Notes under the pieces: model-generated | Told to the model about the DNA's origin: nothing | Database searches by the model: none | What the model saw: only the letters and a program-made list of their open reading frames with translations | Position numbers and translations under genes: made by a program | Origin: Candidatus Rokuibacteriota bacterium | GTDB taxonomy: Bacteria > JAUVQV01 > DATDCY01 | Assembly (NCBI GenBank): GCA_031406795.1 | Contig: JANOHV010000218.1 | Span: forward strand, 1-36,764 | Reading direction: 5' to 3' | DNA length: 36,764 nucleotides | Shown here: piece by piece, positions 7,536 to 15,899 of the stretch | How positions within the stretch are numbered: the first letter of the stretch is position 1 | Layout: each line of letters starts with the position of its first letter

Positions 7536-8462
7536 TCAGCCGTGGTAATGATCGGGCTCCGGGTGGATCGAATCGATAAGGGTGCGGTCGAATATCTCCT
7601 GTTCTGCGACCTCGCGGCCGATGTAGCCGAGCCGCCTGAGCGCTCGTGCGAACGTCATCGTCGCGGCGACGTACGGTTCGGTCAGCCGGGCACAGTAGTG
7701 CGGCGAGACTTGAAGCGTCTCGAGGATAAAGTCCCTGTCGATGATCCCGACATGCGCCGCGATGTCCCTGGCGGCCGAATCCGGATCCGACCGAAAGACG
7801 GCAGTCGCTTCCTCGTGCAGCCGCAGGAACCGCTCCACACAAGAGCGGTGATCTTCGAGAAATGGTCGGGAGACAATGACCCCGTAGCTGGGATTGCCGG
7901 GCCAGAGCCGGGAGGGCGGATAGAGAATCCTGCCGCCGGCAAAGCGGCGGATCGCGACGGCGAGCGCCGGCGTCCCGACAGCGGCGGCCACTTCATTGTT
8001 GACAACGGCCTCGGTCACCAGATCGGCCCATGGGTAGTTCACGACCTCGATCTTGCCGGAGAGATCGTGTCGTTCAAGACAGTCCTTGAGGATGACGTCG
8101 TGTATCGACCCCGTACCCGGCACGCCGAGTTTCAAGCCATCGAACTGACGGAGAACGTCTCCGAGGTCGTCGAGTTCCGGGAAGCCCCGCCAGCAGTCCC
8201 TGCCGGCCATCACGGTGCCTTCGATGTGCCCGCCCGCCACACAGACCACGCTGCTCCCACGCTCGATGCCGATGATCGCGGGCGGCAACCCGATGTAGGC
8301 CAGATCGAGCTCGCCGCGGCCGAAAGACGCCATGATCGCGGGCCCCGTCCCCATGAGCCGCCACTCGACGCCGACGCCGAGCCGCTCCGGCACGGTGCCT
8401 CGAGCCATGAGCAGCACGGCGGTGTGGTAGAAGGTCGACAGGTGCCCGATTCGAACGATCAT
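7536..8462 (-). CDS. NitT/TauT (SsuA/NMT1-like) substrate-binding-fold protein lacking a signal peptide
   Basis: TGPAIMASFGRGELDLAYIGLPP and GVPGTGSIHDV motifs. Starts directly at strand 1 (MIVRIGHLS); in-frame TGA at 8480-8478 excludes an N-terminal extension. Confidence 0.8.
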   Translation of the reverse strand: MIVRIGHLSTFYHTAVLLMARGTVPERLGVGVEWRLMGTGPAIMASFGRGELDLAYIGLPPAIIGIERGSSVVCVAGGHIEGTVMAGRDCWRGFPELDDLGDVLRQFDGLKLGVPGTGSIHDVILKDCLERHDLSGKIEVVNYPWADLVTEAVVNNEVAAAVGTPALAVAIRRFAGGRILYPPSRLWPGNPSYGVIVSRPFLEDHRSCVERFLRLHEEATAVFRSDPDSAARDIAAHVGIIDRDFILETLQVSPHYCARLTEPYVAATMTFARALRRLGYIGREVAEQEIFDRTLIDSIHPEPDHYHG

Positions 8463-8640
8463 GGGACTGTAGTAGCCTCATGCCGGGCCGGCGTCAAGGC
8501 GGGCGGGAGACTTGGCTGCCCCGCCCGGGGTTGCCGCGTTGCCGGCCGCTGTGATACGTATTTGCCATGAGAACCGCGTTCCGCTGCACGAGCGACAGTC
8601 GCCCCGCGCGTTGCGACGAGCGCGATACGGACAATCCCTC

Positions 8641-9900
8641 ATGAGCCACTTCGGACTGCGGTGCCGCAAATGCGCAAAGCTACTCCAGGACACCTACTGC
8701 GCGTTCTGCGAGCACTGCCGCGACGCGCTGCTCGTGAGCGACTACGGCGGCGCGCGGTTTTCGGAAATGAGCGGGGAGGGGATCTGGCGATTCAACTGGC
8801 TCCCGGTGCACGCGCCCTCCTTTGCGCAGCCGGGGCCCAGCGTCTACCGATCCCGCGGGCTCGCGATGCACTTCGGGCTCGAAAACCTCTCCGTGGTGTT
8901 CAATGGCTACTGGCCGGAGAAAGGCGCTTTTCTCGAGACCTGCACCTTCAAAGAGTTCGAAGCCTCGGTGGTGTTGCAGAACGCGCGGGAGAATGGCGTC
9001 GAGGGGCTGACCGTCGCATCGGCGGGAAACACAGCGCGATCTTTCGCGTACCTTTCGGCGCAGACCGGCTACCCGGTGGTCATCGTGGTGCCGGCGATGT
9101 GCCTGACCGAGATGTGGTACCACAAGCGATCAAAGGACGTCCCCACGGTTGTGGTCGCCGACGGCGACTACTCCGACTCGATCGACGTCGCCCGGCGGAT
9201 TGCGGCGACTCTCGGATTTCCGTTCGAAGGCGGCGTCAAGAATGTCGCCAAGCGTGACGGACTCGGCCTGGTGCTGCTCGAGGCGGTGGCTGCGCTGAAG
9301 AGCCTCCCGGGCCACTACTTCCAGGCGGTGGGAAGCGGCACGGGAGCCATCGGTGTCTGGGAGATGAGTGAGCGTTTTCTCGCCGATGGGCGGTTCGGCT
9401 CCCGGCTCCCGGTTCTGCACCTGGCGCAGAACCTGCCGTTTGCGCCGATGACAAAGGCCTGGGCGCGCCAGGAGCGGCACCTCGAGCCGGCGGATCTGTT
9501 GCCGGAGCTGATCCCCGAGATCACGACGAGAGTACTCTCCACGCGTTATCCGGCGTACACGATCGCAGGCGGCGTCTATGATGCCCTCACCGCCACCCGG
9601 GGGAGGATGTACGGCGTGCGCAATGGGGAGGTCTACGCGGCGATGGAGTTGTTCCGTCGGCTGGAGGGAGTCGATATCGTCCCCGCTGCCGGGGTTGCCG
9701 TTGCCGCGCTGGCGCAGGCAGTCGCCGCCGGCGTGCTGCGGCCGGACGAGACCGTGGTGCTGAACATCACCGGCGGCGGGGAAACGAACCTGGCGCCGGA
9801 GCTCATGACCCGGACGCTGCGCCAGCACATCGTGTCGAAGGCGATCACGCACAAGGAAATCAAGGAGCTGCTGTGTCCCGTCCTGAAGAAGAGCTGCTAG
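8641..9900 (+). CDS. Cysteate synthase (PLP-dependent, threonine-synthase fold, Methanosarcinales MA3297 type)
   Basis: N-terminal Cys cluster; FNGYWPEKGAFLETCTFKEFEA (PLP Lys), ASAGNTARSFA, EGGVKNVAKRDGLG, HYFQAVGSGTG, RFLADGRFGSRLP, QNLPFAPM. These are signatures I recognise from cysteate synthases rather than ThrC. Confidence 0.88.
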   Translation: MSHFGLRCRKCAKLLQDTYCAFCEHCRDALLVSDYGGARFSEMSGEGIWRFNWLPVHAPSFAQPGPSVYRSRGLAMHFGLENLSVVFNGYWPEKGAFLETCTFKEFEASVVLQNARENGVEGLTVASAGNTARSFAYLSAQTGYPVVIVVPAMCLTEMWYHKRSKDVPTVVVADGDYSDSIDVARRIAATLGFPFEGGVKNVAKRDGLGLVLLEAVAALKSLPGHYFQAVGSGTGAIGVWEMSERFLADGRFGSRLPVLHLAQNLPFAPMTKAWARQERHLEPADLLPELIPEITTRVLSTRYPAYTIAGGVYDALTATRGRMYGVRNGEVYAAMELFRRLEGVDIVPAAGVAVAALAQAVAAGVLRPDETVVLNITGGGETNLAPELMTRTLRQHIVSKAITHKEIKELLCPVLKKSC

Positions 9901-11021
9901 GGATCCTCAGCGCAAACGGTACGGACTTCACGGCCTCGCTGCCCTGCGAGAAGATCAAAGTCCTGCTCGAGATGCTCGGCAGGACGTTTCCCCACGTGCC
10001 GCTCACGCGCGAAGAAGAGGGGGTGGGGATCTGCGCCGGCGCTTCCCTCGCGGGCCGCCGGCCGGCGATGTTCGTTCAAAGCTCCGGCATTGGCAACATG
10101 ATCAACGCGCTTCTCTCGTTGACCGATTTCTACGAGCTGCCGCTGGCGCTCTTCGTGAGCCGTCGCGGCGTTTACCAGGAGCGGATCGCCGCACAGCTGC
10201 CGATGGGTCTGCGGCTACCCGGCATGCTCGACGGCGCAGGGATTCCGTGGACAGAGGTCAACGTTCGCGGGGATCTTGCGGCGGTGGCGCGCATTTTGCC
10301 GCAGGTCTATGAACGCGGCGGCATTCACGCCTTTCTGATGAGTCCAGCGGTGTGGGAGGATTCCGAGTGCCAGGGTGGTGGTGCGCCAGCGATCGGTGCT
10401 CGGCGGTCGTGCCGGCCGGAATGCCCCGAACCGACCGGAGGGTGCCGCCGCCCGATCCCGGTACACACTCGTTTCGAGATCCTGCGGCTGATCGCCCCGC
10501 AGCTCGAGGGGAAGGTCGTCGTCTGCAACCTTGGCGCCCCCTCGAAGGAGTTGTACTCCCTGCGGCACCAGCCGTCGAATTTCTACATGCTCGGCAGCAT
10601 GGGCATGGTTACGCCGATCGGTCTCGGGGTGGCGCTCTCGACGCTGCGGGAGGTCGTGGTCATCGACGGCGACGGCAGCCTGCTGATGAACCCAGGCACG
10701 CTCGCGGTGTGCGCGGCCGCGGCGCCGAAGAATCTGACCATTCTCGCCATCGACAACGGGGCCTACGGTTCGACCGGCAGCCAGCCGACCCACGCGGCCA
10801 CCTGCGTCGACCTCGAGCAGGTGGCGCACGGGTTCGGCGTCGCGAATACCCTGAAGACGGCGGGGGGGGCGGATCTGATCGCGGCGATGGGCACGTGCGG
10901 GGAAGGCCCGCTGTTCGTTCACGCGCTTGCCGTGCCGGGAAATGCGGAGGTTCCGAATATTCCACTGGATCAACTGGAGAACAAGCGCCAGGTGATGGCA
11001 TTTCTTCACGCAGGCTGCTAG
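9873..11021 (+). CDS. comDE: Fused sulfopyruvate decarboxylase alpha-beta (ThDP-dependent)
   Basis: GTG start after AAGGAG, overlapping cysteate synthase. Alpha part SLPCEKIK, LTREEEGVGICAG, QSSGIGNMINAL. Beta part NLGAPSKEL, NFYMLGSMG, DGDGSLLMN..DNGAYGSTGSQ. Confidence 0.88.
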   Translation: MSRPEEELLGILSANGTDFTASLPCEKIKVLLEMLGRTFPHVPLTREEEGVGICAGASLAGRRPAMFVQSSGIGNMINALLSLTDFYELPLALFVSRRGVYQERIAAQLPMGLRLPGMLDGAGIPWTEVNVRGDLAAVARILPQVYERGGIHAFLMSPAVWEDSECQGGGAPAIGARRSCRPECPEPTGGCRRPIPVHTRFEILRLIAPQLEGKVVVCNLGAPSKELYSLRHQPSNFYMLGSMGMVTPIGLGVALSTLREVVVIDGDGSLLMNPGTLAVCAAAAPKNLTILAIDNGAYGSTGSQPTHAATCVDLEQVAHGFGVANTLKTAGGADLIAAMGTCGEGPLFVHALAVPGNAEVPNIPLDQLENKRQVMAFLHAGC

Positions 11022-11055
11022 AGCCGACCGGTTTCCCGCCGGGGGCTCTTCCCCG

Positions 11056-11084
11056 TTGACAAGACTCATGCGGAAGATGATATT
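11056..11084 (+). promoter_or_regulatory. sigma70-type internal promoter for moeB-JAB-moaD
   Basis: TTGACA (11056-11061), 17 bp, GATATT (11079-11084). Confidence 0.5.
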
Positions 11085-11153
11085 CACCGCCAGATGGTGG
11101 ACCAACAAGATCATTCAGGCGACAGGACGCTGGAGAAACCTCGGGTCTGAGTC

Positions 11154-11954
11154 ATGGAATTCACGGAAGAGCAGATCCTCCGCTACAGCCGTCACCTCAT
11201 TCTCCCCGAGGTCGGGGGCGATGGGCAGGAACGACTCCTGAACGCGAAGGTGGCGCTCGTGGGGGCCGGCGGTCTGGGCTCCCCGGTCGGGTATTATCTC
11301 GCCGCGGCGGGGGTCGGCACCATCGGCGTGATCGACGACGACCGGGTGGAATTCTCGAATCTCCAGCGCCAGATCGCCCACAGCACGCGGCAGGTCGGCA
11401 CGCTCAAAGCCGAGTCGGCCAAGACGACCTGGGAGGCGCTCAACGGCGACGTGCGAGTGATCGCCCACGCGACGCGGCTCACGGCCGCGAACATCCGCGA
11501 AATCATCGGGGAGTACGACATCGTCGCGGACGGCAGCGACAATTTCCCGACGCGCTACCTGGTGAACGACGCCTGTGTCATGATGAAAAAAACGCTGATC
11601 AGCGCCGCGGTCTTCCGCTTCGAGGGGCAGGTGATGGGGATTTACCCAGGAGAAGGTCCGTGCTACCGCTGTCTCTTCGAAACCCCGCCGCCGGCCGGCA
11701 TGGTGCCCTCCTGCCAGGAGGCCGGCGTTCTCGGCGTGGTGCCCGGCGTCATCGGCACGCTGCAGGCGACGGAAGTGCTCAAGGCGATCCTGGGCATCGG
11801 CGACCCGCTGCGCGGCCGTCTACTGATCTGGAACGCGCTTGAGATGAGCTTCACGACCGTGAATGTCCCGCGCAACCACGAGTGCCCGGTCTGCGGCGAC
11901 CACCCGACGATCATCAACCTGCTCGGCGGCGAACGCTCCTGCAGCATGGGATGA
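11154..11954 (+). CDS. moeB: MoeB/ThiF/HesA E1-like adenylyltransferase (no rhodanese domain)
   Basis: RYSRHLILPEVG, GAGGLGSP, SNLQRQ, DGSDNFPTRY, Zn motifs CYRC and CPVC, PSCQEAGVLG. Confidence 0.92.
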   Translation: MEFTEEQILRYSRHLILPEVGGDGQERLLNAKVALVGAGGLGSPVGYYLAAAGVGTIGVIDDDRVEFSNLQRQIAHSTRQVGTLKAESAKTTWEALNGDVRVIAHATRLTAANIREIIGEYDIVADGSDNFPTRYLVNDACVMMKKTLISAAVFRFEGQVMGIYPGEGPCYRCLFETPPPAGMVPSCQEAGVLGVVPGVIGTLQATEVLKAILGIGDPLRGRLLIWNALEMSFTTVNVPRNHECPVCGDHPTIINLLGGERSCSMG

Positions 11955-12391
11955 GCACTGCCGCCCTGACGATGGCCGGTGATGTACTTGCGGCAATCCT
12001 CGAACATTGCCGCCGGGAACTGCCGAACGAGGCGTGCGGGATCCTCGGCGGCAGGGCCGGCAGGGTCGAGAGCGTCCATCCGGTGCAAAGTGCGCACCCG
12101 AGTCCTTCGCGTTTCGCTATGGAACCGACGGCGCAGTTCCTGGCGATGGACGAGGTGAGCCGCGCTGGCCGGGAACTGGTGGGGATCTATCACTCTCACC
12201 CGGGCGGGCCTGCCGTTCCGTCAACTACCGACCTGCAGGAGGCCTGCTGGCCGGGGACGACGTTGCCGAATTACCCCGAGGCAATTCAGGTGATTGTGTC
12301 GCTCCTGGAGCGCGCCGCACCGGTCGTGAGGGGGTACGCAGCGGATCGGGGGATGTTCGTTGAAGTGCCGATTATCATTGACGAACGATAA
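11951..12391 (+). CDS. JAB/Mov34 (M67, Mec-like) metallopeptidase
   Basis: EACG..IYHSHP....PSTTD JAMM motif; ATGA overlap with moeB. Confidence 0.9.
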   Translation: MSTAALTMAGDVLAAILEHCRRELPNEACGILGGRAGRVESVHPVQSAHPSPSRFAMEPTAQFLAMDEVSRAGRELVGIYHSHPGGPAVPSTTDLQEACWPGTTLPNYPEAIQVIVSLLERAAPVVRGYAADRGMFVEVPIIIDER

Positions 12392-12421
12392 GCAGTTGGA
12401 TGACACAATGCGGAGGAGCTC

Positions 12422-12700
12422 ATGCCGGTCACCGTCAGGATTCCCACGCCGCTGCAGCGGTTCTCGGGTGGCAAGTTGAATGTGTCGTGCAGCGCGACGA
12501 GCATCGAGGGATTGTTGGAAGCCCTGGAGATGGCGCACCCGGGGATGAAGGAACGACTGACCGTTGGCGGTAAGGTTCGTCCCTTCATCAATATCTATGT
12601 CAACGGCGAGGACATCCGCACCCTTGACGCGGAGGCCAGTGTGCTCAAAGATGGCGACACAGTCGCGATCATTGCCGCCATTGCGGGTGGTCACGGATAG
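12422..12700 (+). CDS. MoaD/ThiS/CysO-family ubiquitin-like sulfur carrier with masked C-terminus (AIAGG-HG)
   Basis: VRIPTPLQRF, INIYVNGEDIR, LKDGDTVAIIAAIAGGHG. SD GGAGGAG. Confidence 0.92.
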   Translation: MPVTVRIPTPLQRFSGGKLNVSCSATSIEGLLEALEMAHPGMKERLTVGGKVRPFINIYVNGEDIRTLDAEASVLKDGDTVAIIAAIAGGHG

Positions 12701-12815
12701 CGCCTCTTACGTTTAGCGACCGTCATCAAGGACCGTCGCACTGAAGGGGCAGGCCTCAAAGTCGCGGGGGGGGTGATTGGAGGGTATAACCGGCAGGAGA
12801 GGCACTTCGATTGCG

Positions 12816-12850
12816 GAATAGTCTCCAGTACGCTGAAGAATAGTCTTCAG
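12816..12850. promoter_or_regulatory. Tandem enhancer-like sites upstream of the cus operon
   Basis: GAATAGTCTYCAG at 12816 and 12838 (22 bp apart). The second lies in the perfect dyad CTGAAGA-ATAG-TCTTCAG (12833-12850). An AT-rich tract follows. Confidence 0.6.
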
Positions 12851-12902
12851 CCCTCTTCGATCTGCCCTGACTTAAGTATCTTAATACTGATAGTTACCTG
12901 CT

Positions 12903-12918
12903 TGGCATCACAATTGCT
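12903..12918 (+). promoter_or_regulatory. sigma54 -24/-12 promoter for the tolC-tolC-cusBA operon
   Basis: TGGCATCACAATTGCT, GG-N10-GC. Confidence 0.8.
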
Positions 12919-12946
12919 TTCCAGTAGATCACAGGAGGAGGAAGGC

Positions 12947-14317
12947 ATGACGAGCGACATCCGGAGCTGGACGACGGCAACAAGAACGGTCGCCATGATC
13001 GCCGGCGTCGCGCTGGTCGTGCTGGCGTGCTCGCCGACGGCGCGGGCGGAGACTCCCCCGGGAGCACCAGTTCACGTTGCGGAGGCGGCCGCCCTCGAAG
13101 CAAACCTGGCCGGGAAGGCGGCGCTGAGCGACCTCGTCGCCATCGCTTACCAATCCAATCCGATGATCCGCGCGGCGCGCGCCGAGTGGCGCGGCACCGT
13201 AGAGAAGTACCGCGTCGACACGTCCTGGCCCGAACCCGAGCTGATGGCGGAGGGGATGTACGCTGCGGACACCCTGGGCGAGACGACAAGACCGATGGGC
13301 TGGAGCCTCGGACTGACTCAGGCGATCCCGCTGTGGGGCCGTCAGGGGAGCGCCGGAAGACTGAGCAGCGCCGAAGCGAAAATCGCCAGGCTCAAGCTGG
13401 ACGCCACGCTCCGGGACGTCGTTGTCCAGATCCGCCAGTCTGCCGCCGAGCTGCGCTACCTCGAGACGGCCGTGGAAATCGTGCAGGGCCAGCAGTTGCT
13501 GCTCGGAAAACTGACGGCGGCGGGTGCCGCGGCCTACACCGCGGAGCGCGCCGGCCTCTACGAAGTGATGAAGGCGCGCGCGCAGTCCGGTCAACTCGAT
13601 TACGACGCCCTGCTCCTCGAGGAGTCGGCGCGCACGGAAAAGGCGCGGCTCAACGCCCTGCTCCATCGCGCCCCGGACGCGCCGATCGGGCCGATCACGG
13701 CGGAGCCGGCCCGGCCCGTGTTGTACGAGCTCCACGAAATCGATGCGTTGGCCGACGCCAACGCCGAGGACCTGCGGATCGCCCGCGCCGAGGTGGAGCG
13801 CAGCGAGGCGATGGCGGACCTCACGCAATACGAAACCCTCCCGGGATTCAAGCTCGGGCTCTCCTATGGACTGGCGAACGAGGTGAATCAGGTCGGGATT
13901 CAGGCCACCGTGATGCTGCCCCTGCGGCGGGGGAAGAACGCCGGGCTGCTCGGCGCGGCCCGGGCCGACAGCGACAAGATGCGGGCGATGTACGGCGCAA
14001 AGATGAATGACACCCGCACCGCGGTCCGGGATCTCGCTTTTCGGCTCAAGAACGCCGAGCGGCTCGTGAGCCTCTACCGTGACGACCTCACCCCGCAGGC
14101 CGAACGCGCCCTGCAAACGGCGCAGACCCGCCTCGCTCAGGGTCTCGGCGGCCTCGGCGACGCCGCGGAGGCGCAGAGCGCCTGGTACGGCTTCCGGCTG
14201 GCTCTTGCGCGCGCGGAGGCGGATCGCACCGTCATGCTGGCGAGACTCGAAGCGCTCGCGGGCCGCAGCCTGACCGAACGCGAGGACGCTGTCGTCCGCC
14301 CGGAGGAGGCGAAATGA
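12947..14317 (+). CDS. TolC/CusC-family outer membrane efflux protein 1
   Basis: SD AGGAGG; signal peptide; AYQSNPMIRAARA and LGLTQAIPLWG OEP repeat features; heads an RND operon. Confidence 0.8.
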   Translation: MTSDIRSWTTATRTVAMIAGVALVVLACSPTARAETPPGAPVHVAEAAALEANLAGKAALSDLVAIAYQSNPMIRAARAEWRGTVEKYRVDTSWPEPELMAEGMYAADTLGETTRPMGWSLGLTQAIPLWGRQGSAGRLSSAEAKIARLKLDATLRDVVVQIRQSAAELRYLETAVEIVQGQQLLLGKLTAAGAAAYTAERAGLYEVMKARAQSGQLDYDALLLEESARTEKARLNALLHRAPDAPIGPITAEPARPVLYELHEIDALADANAEDLRIARAEVERSEAMADLTQYETLPGFKLGLSYGLANEVNQVGIQATVMLPLRRGKNAGLLGAARADSDKMRAMYGAKMNDTRTAVRDLAFRLKNAERLVSLYRDDLTPQAERALQTAQTRLAQGLGGLGDAAEAQSAWYGFRLALARAEADRTVMLARLEALAGRSLTEREDAVVRPEEAK

Positions 14318-15876
14318 GCAAACGCATCGGGCTGCTGTTCGCGGCGCTGGCGCTGGCCGTCCAGCCGGCGTGCGCGTCGAAATACCGGACGCTCAAAGGC
14401 GAGGCGGACGCCTACACCCCATCCCCGTTGTATCTCGGCTTGGCGAGTGGGGCGCCTGCTCCGGCGGCGGCTCCGGCGACGCCGCTCGCGGAGGCGGGGG
14501 AATTCGCGGCGGCCTCCCTGCGCCTGGGGGATCTGGCCGCGCAGTGGGAGCTGACGCTTCAGCGTCCGGAGGCGGCGGATTCGTTCATCGTGCCCGAAGC
14601 CGACCTGCTGCGCGCGCTCGCCGGCGCCGCCGCCGACCCCGCCGTTGCCGGCCAGGCACTCGGCGACGGCTTCTCTCTGCAGACGCTGGAGACCTTGACG
14701 CTGCTGCGCAACCCGACGATCAGAACCCGGGAGGCCGAGGCGCGCGCCGCCATCGAGGTCTTCGGACAGGCGGAGCAGATCGATGCGGTTCTGCGCCGCT
14801 ACGCCGCCCTCACCGCAACCTCGATGGCCGGCGGCGGGATGGGTGCCCCGCCGGATTTCCCGTTCCCCGCAATCCTCGCTCTGAAGGGGCAGATCATCGA
14901 CCAGGAGCTGCGCAGCGCCCGCGAAATGTTCGAGGCGGCGAGGCGCGACACGGTCACCGCGGCGCGCACGGCGTACTGGGAACTGATCTACGTCGGCCAG
15001 GCCGCGGAGATCACCAGCCGCATGATCGATCTGCTCGAGAATCTGGACCGCTCGGTCGCCTCACGCTACGAGGCGGGCAAGACCAGCTTCCAGGACCTGG
15101 TCCGCATCCGCATCGAGCGCGAGAAAGCGCGGGAGGAACTCAAGACCCTGGCGGAGGAGCGCGCCAACCGGGCGGCCGAAATCCGCGGCCTTCTGGCGCT
15201 GCCGCCCGAAATCGTGGTGGGGACCCCGGCGTTTCGCGAGGACTGGGCGCCGCTCCCCGCGCAGGGAGAACTGGAGACGCTCGCCCTCGCGCGGCGTCAG
15301 GAAGTGCGGGCCGCCGACGCGATGATCGGCCGGATGGAGCGGATGCTGGAGATGGTCGAGACCATGACGTACCCGGGGTACGATCTCGGACTCTCGCCCT
15401 CGCCGCGCGGGCTGATCGCGCCGCCTGCCGACGGCCCCGGGATGGGAGCAGCGGCCGGGGGTCCCGGGGCGCGAGCCGCCGTCGCCGCGAGACCACCGGA
15501 GCGGCCGTTCTTCGCGGGTGACGAAGCGTATGTGCGCGAGATCCGCCAGCGAATTGCGGGTCTGAAGAGCGAACGTGAGGCGGTGCGCGCGGAGACGCTC
15601 GTCGGCGTGCGGGCCGCCTGGTTCGCCTCGGATCGCGCCCGGCGGGAAGAAGCGCTCTATGCGGCGAAAGTGCTCGGGCTCTCCCAGAGCGCCCTCGAAT
15701 CCTCCCTCCAGGGGTACTCGTCCGGGAGCGTGGGGTTCTCCGATCTTCTCGAATCCTACACGGGCTGGCTCGAGGCCAGCCTCGCTCGCCAGAGGGCGCG
15801 CGTCGACATCGGGATCGCCCGGTCCGGCCTCGAGGCGGCGGTCGGTGTCGCGAACCTCGAGGGGGCCGAAAATTAG
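14314..15876 (+). CDS. TolC/CusC-family outer membrane efflux protein 2
   Basis: Signal peptide with possible lipobox Cys; LRNPTIR, FPFP..LALKG, RYEAGKTSFQDL, YSSGSVGFSDLL OEP motifs; ATGA overlap. Confidence 0.75.
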   Translation: MSKRIGLLFAALALAVQPACASKYRTLKGEADAYTPSPLYLGLASGAPAPAAAPATPLAEAGEFAAASLRLGDLAAQWELTLQRPEAADSFIVPEADLLRALAGAAADPAVAGQALGDGFSLQTLETLTLLRNPTIRTREAEARAAIEVFGQAEQIDAVLRRYAALTATSMAGGGMGAPPDFPFPAILALKGQIIDQELRSAREMFEAARRDTVTAARTAYWELIYVGQAAEITSRMIDLLENLDRSVASRYEAGKTSFQDLVRIRIEREKAREELKTLAEERANRAAEIRGLLALPPEIVVGTPAFREDWAPLPAQGELETLALARRQEVRAADAMIGRMERMLEMVETMTYPGYDLGLSPSPRGLIAPPADGPGMGAAAGGPGARAAVAARPPERPFFAGDEAYVREIRQRIAGLKSEREAVRAETLVGVRAAWFASDRARREEALYAAKVLGLSQSALESSLQGYSSGSVGFSDLLESYTGWLEASLARQRARVDIGIARSGLEAAVGVANLEGAEN

Positions 15877-15899
15877 CAAAGACATTCGCGATCTGCCTC

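Noticed and set aside
8641-11021. Reading as threonine synthase plus phosphonopyruvate decarboxylase (phosphonate pathway), or as capnine sulfonolipid synthesis
   Set aside because: Motifs match cysteate synthase and ComDE as I recall them. There is no PEP mutase and no cysteate acyltransferase or reductase in the window, and ComDE would divert carbon away from capnine.
11021-11049. Hairpin after comDE as a terminator separating it from moeB
   Set aside because: The stem is imperfect with no real U-tract; termination cannot be claimed.
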